From Nitrospirales bacterium (GTDB lineage: Bacteria > Nitrospirota > Nitrospiria > Nitrospirales > UBA8639), in NCBI GenBank assembly GCA_963422365.1, contig OY729426.1, positions 448,001 to 512,000 of the forward strand: DNA of 64,000 bases, written 5' to 3'. A program made the translations under genes and the position numbers. A model generated the notes under the pieces. That model worked only from the letters and a program-made list of their open reading frames with translations, was not told where the DNA came from and did no database searches. Position 1 is the first letter of the stretch. Every line of letters starts with the position of its first letter. Of this stretch, positions 1-8,653 are shown piece by piece.

Positions 1-569
1 CCTTCCAAGTACAACCCCAAAATCCCCACCAACAACAACAAGCTTCCCGTCAGACTGTACAGCACAAATTTAATGCCGGCTGCTAGGCGTTGAGGTCCTC
101 CCCATAAAATAATCATGAAATACATGGGAATCATGGTGATTTCCCACAACATAAAGAAGAGAAAAAGATCCAAGGCGGTAAAGACCACAATCATCGCCCC
201 TTCCACCAACAGAATCAGCATCATGAATGCTCTGACTCTCGTCGTGATGGAATGCCAAGAGCAGAGGACACAGAGAGGACAGAGCAGCGTGGTCAGCAAG
301 ACCAGTGGGATACTAATGCCATCCACGCCAACGGCATATTGAATATTGAAGGTGGGCATCCATTGCATGCGTTCCACGAACTGCATGCCTTGGTTTCCGA
401 AATCAAAACTGGACCAGAGCATGAGGGACAGGCCAAAATTCAAGAGCGTCGACGCGAGGGCGGTTCGACGAATCCATTCACGATCCTGAACGAATGCCAG
501 AACTGCAATCGCAAGAAACGGAACAGCTATCATCCAACTGAGAAGATGATCAGCAAAAATAAAACTCAT
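1..569 (-). CDS. nuoM: NuoM-like proton-translocating membrane subunit, runs off window start
   Basis: Manual translation from ATG at 569: MSFIFADHLLSWMIAVPF...QFVERMQWMPTFNIQYAVGVDGISIPLVLLT, a typical NuoM N-terminus; lies directly downstream of the NuoL-like gene. Not in the ORF track because it is truncated. Confidence 0.85.
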   Translation of the reverse strand, partial: MSFIFADHLLSWMIAVPFLAIAVLAFVQDREWIRRTALASTLLNFGLSLMLWSSFDFGNQGMQFVERMQWMPTFNIQYAVGVDGISIPLVLLTTLLCPLCVLCSWHSITTRVRAFMMLILLVEGAMIVVFTALDLFLFFMLWEITMIPMYFMIILWGGPQRLAAGIKFVLYSLTGSLLLLVGILGLYLE

Positions 570-612
570 GATACTTTCTTCAGGCAAGACCTCTTGGGGA
601 GCTTCGTGGCAT

Positions 613-2622
613 TCATGACACGAGCCAATAGAAAAGTCCTATGGCCACAACCAGCCAAAGCACCATGACCAAGACATGGTGTTGAAGGATTCGTGGTTCA
701 ACTTTCTGCAACATATGACCTGTGGCATCAGCCTGATACCCCAATCGTTCGACAGGCTTCTCAGGCACACGGATATCAAAAACCTGCCACAGCCATCGGG
801 CAAGGGCAACGGATCCTTCGGCAAGACTCATGATCACGCGATCAATTCCTCCAAGATCAATGGTTTTCCATAACCAGCCGGCTAATCGAAGCATAGGTTG
901 AACCACATACACTTCATAGAGTTCGTCGACATACCACTTGTTGAGAAAAAGCACATACAGCGTTTTTCCCCACTCCGACTGTCCGAATGGGGACCGTCGA
1001 GGATTCCTATGCAGCCAGTAGGCGAATCCCGAACCACTCAATGCCACGACAAGCGGTAACACGATCCACAAAGAGCCCTCAGCCGTTGCAGGCAACTCGG
1101 CAAACAAGGGAACGGGCTGTGGCAGGGCAGGCGCTAAAAATTGAGCAAACCACGTCCAGAAGGCCACCAAAAGGCCAGCCATCACGGCTGCTCCGAATAC
1201 GACCCCGATCAGGTGAGGTGGTGAAAACAACCAAGGGCGAGCGATAAAAGAGCCAGCCTTCCCCTGGATTCCTACGGCAAGACTCTGTTGAAAAAGCGAG
1301 ATGATTCCTCGAAAGAGAGACATGCCCGTACAAAAAACCGTGGTTAAGCCAATCACCCAAAAGGCGACTTTCGCGGAGGCAAAATTCTGGACCGTCCACA
1401 AATATTCATAGGGTCCTGAAAAAATCACAAACGGAGGGATACAGGCTAGCATCAATGCTCCAAAGCACAAGACCCCCGTCGGTCGTAAAGCATGTCGGGA
1501 ATCAGGGTGTGCATGGCCATGGGCTTGGACGGATTGCAGGGCGTTGCCGGTCGATAAGAATAAAAACCCTTTCAAAAAGCCATGGGCCAACAAATGGAAA
1601 ATCGCGACGACGAACGCACCAACGCCACACGTCATGATCATGAATCCGATTTGGCTGATCGTCGAATAGGCCAAAAGCTTTTTAATGTCGGACTGGGTCA
1701 GAGAGACCAGGCCAGCGAACAGTGCGGTGGTCGCCCCAATGATCGCAATCACCGTCATCGCGACGGGAGAAAGCACAAACAACGGGCTCAATCGCACCAA
1801 CAGGAACGGACCGGCGTTTACCATGGTCGCAGCGTGAATCAACGCCGACACCGGAGTCGGGGCTTCCATCGCAACGGGTAGCCACACGTGGAGCGGGACC
1901 TGGGCAGACTTCCCTAAGGCCCCCATAAACAACAAGAGCGTAATGAGTGTCACGGTCTGAACCGGCAGATCGAATCCTGCCCACCCCAGCAGGTTCATGG
2001 TGTGCCCGCTCATGCTCTCGGCCTGAGCGAGAATCTGCTGGATATCGAGGGTCCCAAATGCGGCAAACGTGAGGATGACCCCGAACCCCAGTCCCATGTC
2101 CCCCACCGCATTCACCAAGAATGCTTTGGTTGCCGCTCGGCATGCGGACGGTCGCTCCGCCGAGTGGGAAATCAAGAGATACGAACAGAACCCCATGACT
2201 TCCCAAACAATGTACACGAGAAGCAGGTTGCTACTCATGACCAGCATGATCATGGAAAAGGTAAAGAGCGCAATAATGGCGAAGAAGCGACTATACCGTG
2301 AATCACCGATCATGTAGCGGGAAGCATAGATATGCACGACGCAGCTCACCCCTGTGACCAGCAACAACAGCAACACGGTCAGTTGGTCGATATATAGACC
2401 GAGGTCAACGATGAGATTGCCGGACTGCATAAGTCGATACAAAGGAATAGTAATCGGGCCATTGCTCAAGACTTCGACGAACGCGCCTATCGATAGACCA
2501 AAGGAGAGGCCTAACGCAGGAATAGCGACTTTGTGGCTTTTTTCTCCCAACAAGCGTCCCCCCAACGCGAGAGTCAGAAATGCCGTCAAGGGAAGAAGCG
2601 GGATCAGGACATACGCTGACAT
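613..2622 (-). CDS. nuoL: NuoL/MrpA/DabB(MpsA)-family antiporter-like subunit
   Basis: Motifs WEVMGFCSYLLI, KAFLVNAVGD, GKSAQVPLHVWLPVAMEAPTPVSALIHAATMV, DIKKLLAYSTISQIGFM, HLLAHGFLKGFLFL, NKWYVDELY. Confidence 0.9.
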   Translation of the reverse strand: MSAYVLIPLLPLTAFLTLALGGRLLGEKSHKVAIPALGLSFGLSIGAFVEVLSNGPITIPLYRLMQSGNLIVDLGLYIDQLTVLLLLLVTGVSCVVHIYASRYMIGDSRYSRFFAIIALFTFSMIMLVMSSNLLLVYIVWEVMGFCSYLLISHSAERPSACRAATKAFLVNAVGDMGLGFGVILTFAAFGTLDIQQILAQAESMSGHTMNLLGWAGFDLPVQTVTLITLLLFMGALGKSAQVPLHVWLPVAMEAPTPVSALIHAATMVNAGPFLLVRLSPLFVLSPVAMTVIAIIGATTALFAGLVSLTQSDIKKLLAYSTISQIGFMIMTCGVGAFVVAIFHLLAHGFLKGFLFLSTGNALQSVQAHGHAHPDSRHALRPTGVLCFGALMLACIPPFVIFSGPYEYLWTVQNFASAKVAFWVIGLTTVFCTGMSLFRGIISLFQQSLAVGIQGKAGSFIARPWLFSPPHLIGVVFGAAVMAGLLVAFWTWFAQFLAPALPQPVPLFAELPATAEGSLWIVLPLVVALSGSGFAYWLHRNPRRSPFGQSEWGKTLYVLFLNKWYVDELYEVYVVQPMLRLAGWLWKTIDLGGIDRVIMSLAEGSVALARWLWQVFDIRVPEKPVERLGYQADATGHMLQKVEPRILQHHVLVMVLWLVVAIGLFYWLVS

Positions 2623-2650
2623 AGGCTAGTCCAAAATGAACGATGACACA

Positions 2651-4120
2651 TTACAGCCCCGTGGGCAGAGCAGTCGTGAGCAAAAATCCGACAATCGGAT
2701 CGCTGCACAACCCCAAAATAATAATCGCAGCAGACGCGCCTCCCACACTCACCTTTAACGATAAGGGCACATCGACCGGACTCACCACAGGGGATAATTG
2801 ATTGTCCCGGAAAATACGTTCAAAGAGCTTAATAAAATAGGCCAACGTGAGAAGGGTTGAGACGAGCACGGCCCCGACCGCGAAATAATTCTGAACCTCA
2901 ATAGCGCCAAGGATGATGTACCATTTACCGAAAAATCCACCCGTTGGAGGAAATCCGACCATGGACATCGCCATAATGATGAGCGCACCGGTGATCCATG
3001 GGGCTTGCCCACGCAAACGGTTTAAACCATCGATTGTCCGGACGCCATACTGATAGATGATGGCACCAGCCAAGAAAAACAGGGCCGCTTGCATGACCGC
3101 ATCATTGATCAAATAAAACACGCCTCCTGCAAAACCGGTCGGACTTCCCAGGCCCACCCCGATGAGAATCAACCCAATATGAGAAATCCCGCCATAGGCG
3201 AACATTCGTTTGATTTCATGTTGAGCCAACGCGAGAAATGCCCCGATGACTGCTGCGATGGCCCCCAACTCTTCCAGGAGGACCAGGATAGAAATATGCT
3301 CAATTTCCGCCTGAGGCCCGACCACCCAAAACATGATTCGGACCCAGACGACTAACGCCGCTTTGGTGACCAAAGAAGCGAGGAAAGGTGAAATGGCCTC
3401 CGGTGCATGGGTATAGGCATCAGGCAACCATCCGTGAAGGGGCATGAGGGCCATCTTAATCCCAAGACCGAGAAACATGAAAATCAACCCTCCGACAATG
3501 GCTTTGGAAGTTAATAATTCAGGCACTCGTTGGGCCAAGTCGGCCATGTTCAGCGTTCCAGTCGCTGCATAAAAATATCCAACACCCAATAAATACAAGG
3601 AAGCCCCGAGTGCTCCCAAAATCAGATAACGAAAGGCCGAGATGAGAGCCTTACCACCTGCAACGCCTACCAGGGCATACCCTGATAACGCGGCAACTTC
3701 CAGGAACACGAACACGTTAAATAAATCCGCTGCAAAGATAATGCCCGTGATTGCCGAAAGCAGCAAAAGGATCAACGTATAGTACGGGACGACTCTCCGA
3801 CCCAGCGATTGGGGTGAGAGCGGTCCCTCGTTGATAAGGCAAAGCAATGCCAACAGGCTGAAGGTCACCATGACAACACTTGCCAACCCATCATCGACCC
3901 ATTCAATGCCAATCGGGGCTGCCCACCCGCTAAAGGCGTAGCGAATCTCTCCATCATTCAGGACGACCACGAGATTGGCAAGGGCAAGCGGACTCATGGC
4001 GGAAACGGCCACGAACGCCATGGGGCGACACCACTCACGATGTTTCAATCCGACAATGGGCAAAGAGAGCGCCGTCAAGAAGGGGAGCAGGAAGAGAAGT
4101 GCCGGCAAGTGATGATTCAT
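2651..4120 (-). CDS. mrpD: Mrp/Mnh cation:H+ antiporter subunit D
   Basis: DLFNVFVFLEV, GTLNMADL, GLGIKMALMPLHGWLPDAY, IKRMFAYGGISHIG, GFPPTGGFFGKW. Confidence 0.88.
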   Translation of the reverse strand: MNHHLPALLFLLPFLTALSLPIVGLKHREWCRPMAFVAVSAMSPLALANLVVVLNDGEIRYAFSGWAAPIGIEWVDDGLASVVMVTFSLLALLCLINEGPLSPQSLGRRVVPYYTLILLLLSAITGIIFAADLFNVFVFLEVAALSGYALVGVAGGKALISAFRYLILGALGASLYLLGVGYFYAATGTLNMADLAQRVPELLTSKAIVGGLIFMFLGLGIKMALMPLHGWLPDAYTHAPEAISPFLASLVTKAALVVWVRIMFWVVGPQAEIEHISILVLLEELGAIAAVIGAFLALAQHEIKRMFAYGGISHIGLILIGVGLGSPTGFAGGVFYLINDAVMQAALFFLAGAIIYQYGVRTIDGLNRLRGQAPWITGALIIMAMSMVGFPPTGGFFGKWYIILGAIEVQNYFAVGAVLVSTLLTLAYFIKLFERIFRDNQLSPVVSPVDVPLSLKVSVGGASAAIIILGLCSDPIVGFLLTTALPTGL

Positions 4121-4494
4121 TCCAACCTCTTTAAAATTTCATCTTCATCCAAGCTGCCATATTTCCGATAAATTCCTGCAACCAAGGCTAAAGAGACACC
4201 CAAGGTCGCGACCTGGACCACGATCGCCGTGAGCGTCAACACGTGGGGTAATGGATTGGGATAGATGGGAACCTGGGCTGAGTCTGTTTCAGACAAGAGG
4301 ATAGGAACCGTTGCGCCTGTTTTCACGCTTATCGCCACGATAAAGAAAATCACGCTGGTTTGCACGATATACAGACCAATGAGCTTTTTAACAAGGTTAT
4401 GGTGGGTCACCATGATGTAAAATCCCCCAAGAAACAGGATGACGAAGGCGATAAAATTTGGCCTGTGAAGCCACGCCTCAATGAGTTCAAGCAT
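4117..4494 (-). CDS. mrpC: Mrp antiporter subunit C
   Basis: NLVKKLIGL and NPLPHVLTLTAIVV motifs; ATG at 4494 overlaps the end of the upstream gene. Confidence 0.88.
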   Translation of the reverse strand: MLELIEAWLHRPNFIAFVILFLGGFYIMVTHHNLVKKLIGLYIVQTSVIFFIVAISVKTGATVPILLSETDSAQVPIYPNPLPHVLTLTAIVVQVATLGVSLALVAGIYRKYGSLDEDEILKRLE

Positions 4495-4936
4495 GGGAGT
4501 CCTCGTCTTCGTCATCGAACGACAGACTAAACACGATAGAGATCGCCGTCACAGCGACATCGACCGCCACACCGATTTGTGTCAGCAGGATCCCCAAATA
4601 ACGGCGTGAAGCGACTTCGAGTCCGGGGGTCTCGATGGCAGCGTAATTCAAAAATTCTCCTCCCCCGATCAGACACAATCCTCCGGCACCGGCAAAAATT
4701 AGTAACCCCAGCCCATCCCCATGCAGCATCTTCCTCGCCACATTGCTGGAAGAAGCGCTGGCCCCAAAAATGAGAATTGAGAAAATCATACTCGTGCCAA
4801 AAACAACCCCACCCACAAATCCTCCACCCGGGCCATACTGTCCAAAGAACAACACATACAGGCCAAAGAGTTGGGCCAAGGGAATCAGGACTCGTCCTAA
4901 CGTGAGAACGATGACGCTATCGTGTGCTTGGATCAT
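4487..4936 (-). CDS. mrpB: Mrp antiporter subunit B (MnhB domain)
   Basis: GQYGPGGGFVGG matches the MnhB GHxxPGGGF motif; hydrophobic helices. Confidence 0.85.
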   Translation of the reverse strand: MIQAHDSVIVLTLGRVLIPLAQLFGLYVLFFGQYGPGGGFVGGVVFGTSMIFSILIFGASASSSNVARKMLHGDGLGLLIFAGAGGLCLIGGGEFLNYAAIETPGLEVASRRYLGILLTQIGVAVDVAVTAISIVFSLSFDDEDEDSHA

Positions 4937-5463
4937 TCCCTGCGCCTCCTGAGCAACAAGGCGCAGGCAAGCCCGGATGTGAAGATCACGACCGTTTCAA
5001 TCAAAGTATCGAGAGAACGATAATCCATGAGCACCGACGTGACGACATTGGGCGTATGGGTGTCCTGCAGACTGTTCTCCAGGTAGACAGGAGCAACGTG
5101 AATGCTCGCGGGAGAAGCAGGATCTCCAAATCGAGGAAGATCACTGGCTGCATACAACAGGAGTAACCCCAGCAGAGGTAAGCCGATCAAAGCGGCCCAG
5201 GGAAGGGACGGACGATGCATACGAATATCCTTTTGAGCCGTTCCAAACAGCGTCAAGAGAAAAAACACCGTGGCCAAGCCGGCGCCCACAACCGCTTCGA
5301 CAAACGCCACATCGACGGCACCAAGCCAGGCCCACACCACCGCTAAAAAGAACCCGTAGGCACCTAAAATAAGCACTGCCGACAGCAAGTCTTTGACCAG
5401 AATGGCCCCGGCCGCTGTCAGAATCAGGAGAATCAGGAGAGGAATTTCAAATGAAAACGTCAC
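4933..5463 (-). CDS. DUF4040 / MrpA C-terminal-like subunit (MrpB')
   Basis: AVDVAFVEAVVGAG and TPNVVTSVLMDYRSLDTLIE motifs; GTG start overlaps the mrpG stop (GTGA). Confidence 0.82.
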   Translation of the reverse strand: MTFSFEIPLLILLILTAAGAILVKDLLSAVLILGAYGFFLAVVWAWLGAVDVAFVEAVVGAGLATVFFLLTLFGTAQKDIRMHRPSLPWAALIGLPLLGLLLLYAASDLPRFGDPASPASIHVAPVYLENSLQDTHTPNVVTSVLMDYRSLDTLIETVVIFTSGLACALLLRRRRE

Positions 5464-5759
5464 TGTTGTTCTCGTACCCACGGTTTGAGGCCCGAGCGAA
5501 AAGCCGCTCGAATGGTGGCGTGTGCAATGACAGGATTGATCAGATAGATCAGCGCGAGCACCACCAGAATTTTAAGCAAATTCATGCTGAATCCTTGATA
5601 GACGGCCAACCCTGCCAATATCAGAAACGCCCCCAAGGAATCCGTCAGTGAGAGCGCGTGGGAGCGGGCAAACACATCCGGCAAGCGCACCATGCCAATT
5701 GCCGCAACGACCAGAAAAAACAAACCAACAAGAATGAGCACAATGGCAATCACAGACAT
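5460..5759 (-). CDS. mrpG: Mrp antiporter subunit G
   Basis: GMVRLPDVFARSHA...NPVIAHA. Confidence 0.9.
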   Translation of the reverse strand: MSVIAIVLILVGLFFLVVAAIGMVRLPDVFARSHALSLTDSLGAFLILAGLAVYQGFSMNLLKILVVLALIYLINPVIAHATIRAAFRSGLKPWVREQQ

Positions 5760-6026
5760 TTACACATTTCCTCGCTGTTCAAGAAACTTGGCAATGGCCA
5801 AGGCCCCAACCAAATTCAACAGGGCATACCCCGTGGAGATATCCACGAACATGTCGACTCGTTCGTAGACGGTCCCGATCAGCACCAGCAAAATAATGGC
5901 TTTCGTCGAAATCCCATTCAGACCCAACACGCGGTCAAAGACCGTAGGCCCTCGGACCACACGATATAAATACACCAGAATGAGGACAGCGAGCACGATC
6001 AACACGCACAGAAAAAAGAATTTCAT
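5760..6026 (-). CDS. mrpF: Mrp antiporter subunit F
   Basis: RVVRGPTVFDRVLGLN; three TM helices; ends ...LAIAKFLE. Confidence 0.9.
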   Translation of the reverse strand: MKFFFLCVLIVLAVLILVYLYRVVRGPTVFDRVLGLNGISTKAIILLVLIGTVYERVDMFVDISTGYALLNLVGALAIAKFLEQRGNV

Positions 6027-6037
6027 TCTGAACTCGT

Positions 6038-6493
6038 TTATTCCTGGAACACCTGGCCAATTTTTTCTTCAAGGCGTTGTGTGGTCAGATCGTGGCCCGA
6101 TTCATCGTCTATGGCATGGACGATGAGTTCCTGGGCATTGACTTCGGCCGTGATCGTGCCTGGAGTCAGCGTGATGGAATTTCCAAGTAGGACCACGGCT
6201 TCCTGTCGCAGCAACTTCGTTTGATAATGAATGAGCTTCGGCGCAATCGGAAGAGAAGGATGAAGAATGAGCGTAGTCAGATGAAGGCTACTTTGCACAA
6301 TGCGCCCAAATAGCCAAGGCAGATACCCCAGAATTCGCCACACAAGTATTTTTCGAAAAAGAGAATCTGAGTGGCCCGAATTCAACCATGCCACGCCAAA
6401 AGATACTATCAGCCCTAGACCCATATGGAACGGGTTATACTTTACCGATAAAATGAGCCAAATAATAAAAAACGCGACTGTTTTAAGAAACAC
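6038..6493 (-). CDS. mrpE: Mrp antiporter subunit E
   Basis: LLGNSITLTPGTIT...LIVHAI signature. Confidence 0.9.
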   Translation of the reverse strand: MFLKTVAFFIIWLILSVKYNPFHMGLGLIVSFGVAWLNSGHSDSLFRKILVWRILGYLPWLFGRIVQSSLHLTTLILHPSLPIAPKLIHYQTKLLRQEAVVLLGNSITLTPGTITAEVNAQELIVHAIDDESGHDLTTQRLEEKIGQVFQE

Positions 6494-6609
6494 GGCGTTA
6501 GAGAAGAATCTCCATCTCCTTCATTATCAATCGTTCATTGTTTTCGAAAACCGGCATTCTTCTTGAAACCCGGTGCTGTTTTTTCATTGACGCACATGCC
6601 TTCGTTCAC

Positions 6610-6712
6610 AAAAAAAGCCAACCGGATGCCTCGAATGAATCATTCGAAAAGCCTCTGGTTGGCTTGTACTGTGCCTGCCCGTTCACTTGCTAGGCAGTCA
6701 CCCTACCGGCCA
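6610..6712 (-). promoter_or_regulatory. Candidate attenuator/riboswitch leader, copy 1 (upstream of mrpE)
   Basis: RNA GGCCG-GUAGGGUGA-CUGCCU...GGGCAG-GC-ACAGUACAAGCC overlapping terminator AAGCCAACC...GGUUGGCUUUUUUU; same architecture as copies at 11703 and 14699. Confidence 0.75.
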
Positions 6713-6928
6713 AGAGTATCGTCAATCGGTTCGCCAAGGATCCTCACCACGATCGCCTCCCGATCCCTGGGAACTCTTATACCAATATTGGGCTCATGAC
6801 ACAACAGCGTTGCTTGATACGGAAAAAAATTTCAAACAAGGAGGGAGGAGGAACGATCGTTGCTCCGCCTCCAGCGAGTCAAAACAATGACGGAAGCTTT
6901 CCGAAACCGGACTTGCGTTCTGCGTCTG

Positions 6929-8464
6929 TTATTTGCCACTGAGCGATAGAAAGAGCATCGAGCGTCCTCGTCTCAGGAGAACCAGGACCGAATCACTCTC
7001 ATCGAGTCGACCGGTGACGCGATCAAAGTCTTCCACATCCTTAATGGTGATTCGGTTGATTTCCAGGAAGATATCATCCTTTCGTATGCCGGCCCGTGCG
7101 GCACGACTGTCGGGATGAACCTTCAAGACGCGCACCCCCTTCTCATCAGAGGGGGACTCGGAAGCAACCGATTCGACCGTCAACCCCGACAGGACATGAC
7201 GGGCGCCTACCGTCCCCACCTCGCCGCTTCGCCCGGCCAAATGCTTGGGCATCTGTCCAATGACGACGGTGAGGCGCTCGTGGTTGCCTTCACGAAGAAT
7301 CCCCACGTCCACCTTGGTCTCCGGAGGAGTCTCGGCAACATAGGTGCGTAATTTAGTCGAATTTTCGACCGGACGTCCAGCATATTCACGAATGATGTCT
7401 CCCCGTTGAAACCGGCCCCCCTGTGCCGGGCTTCCCTCAATCACGTCGGTGACCAAGGCGCCTTTCGTCTCAGTTGTCTCAAATCGTTTCGCAAGATCAG
7501 GAGACAGGTCTTGGATGGAAACCCCGAGCCATCCTCGTACCACTTTCCCATACGCTTTCAAACTTTGCGCCACACCCTTGGCCATATTGCTCGGGATGGC
7601 AAAACCGATTCCCATATACCCACCGCTTCGGCTGAAGATTGCCGTGTTGATCCCGATGAGTTCCCCTTGCAAATTCACCAGAGCCCCGCCGGAGTTCCCC
7701 GGATTGATGGCCGCATCGGTTTGGATAAAATCCTCGTAATCGACAATGCCGACATTGGCCCGTCCCACGGCACTGATAATGCCCATGGTCACGGTCTGGC
7801 TCAGGCCAAAAGGATTCCCCACTGCCACGACCATTTCTCCAACTTGTAACGTGTTTGAATCACCCCAGGAGAGAAACGGCAAATCCGATGCTGCAATTTT
7901 TAAAATGGCCAGATCGGTTTTGGGATCAGTGCCGATCAATTGTGCGTCAAACTTTCTTTGATCCCCCACCACCACCTGAATTTCATCGCTCTCGGCCACC
8001 ACGTGATGGTTTGTGACAATATATCCGTCAGAATTGACAATGACCCCTGACCCCATGCCCTGTTGTTGGCGTTTGGGCGCCTGTCGGCGTTCTTCTTTGA
8101 ACCTGTCTCCGAAAAATCTCCGAAAGAATGGGTCGTCAAAGAATGGGGAATGGGGAAAAGGAGAACCTGGCGGAGCCGTCGTCTTCACGATGGAAATATT
8201 GACCACCGCAGGCTTGATCTTTTTCGCAATCGCGATGAGATGCTGATTGAAACGGAGAATATCGTCGCTCGTGGAGGGAAGAGAAAAACCGGCTTGTTGA
8301 ATCAGGGGCGTTTGAACGGTATGCTCTTCGGAAGCCTGAATGACCGTGGAGGGCTGGAAGAATGTCGCCCTCGCGCCTAAGACCCCACACACGCAGAGAA
8401 AAATCCCGATCCCCAGAACGACGGGGTTTTTCGTGACATTGATGAGTGACCATCGAACTCGCAT
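6929..8464 (-). CDS. degP: DegP/HtrA (Do family) serine protease with two PDZ domains
   Basis: GSGVI, TNHHVV, DPKTDLA, IQTDAAINPGNSGG, RGWLGV; N-terminal signal/TM segment. Confidence 0.93.
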   Translation of the reverse strand: MRVRWSLINVTKNPVVLGIGIFLCVCGVLGARATFFQPSTVIQASEEHTVQTPLIQQAGFSLPSTSDDILRFNQHLIAIAKKIKPAVVNISIVKTTAPPGSPFPHSPFFDDPFFRRFFGDRFKEERRQAPKRQQQGMGSGVIVNSDGYIVTNHHVVAESDEIQVVVGDQRKFDAQLIGTDPKTDLAILKIAASDLPFLSWGDSNTLQVGEMVVAVGNPFGLSQTVTMGIISAVGRANVGIVDYEDFIQTDAAINPGNSGGALVNLQGELIGINTAIFSRSGGYMGIGFAIPSNMAKGVAQSLKAYGKVVRGWLGVSIQDLSPDLAKRFETTETKGALVTDVIEGSPAQGGRFQRGDIIREYAGRPVENSTKLRTYVAETPPETKVDVGILREGNHERLTVVIGQMPKHLAGRSGEVGTVGARHVLSGLTVESVASESPSDEKGVRVLKVHPDSRAARAGIRKDDIFLEINRITIKDVEDFDRVTGRLDESDSVLVLLRRGRSMLFLSLSGK

Positions 8465-8653
8465 CGTACCTTCCTTATCTGAAAATCCTCACAACGACCA
8501 GCAATGAAATTATACCATAATCTTCCGCGTTGCACGTACTCGCTCTTCCGTCGCCGGCACGCTTGCCGCATAACAACGTTCAACGAGGCCTAGACGGCGT
8601 TCGCCTCTTGCCTTACACAGCCCGATGACCGTGACAATGGAGAAACACGTCCC

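Noticed and set aside
6670..6703. Copy 1 contains UGACUGC...GCAGGCA, resembling a BglG/SacY RAT site
   Set aside because: The other two copies lack this sequence, the conserved bases lie outside it, and no BglG-family or PTS gene is in the window; not called a RAT.
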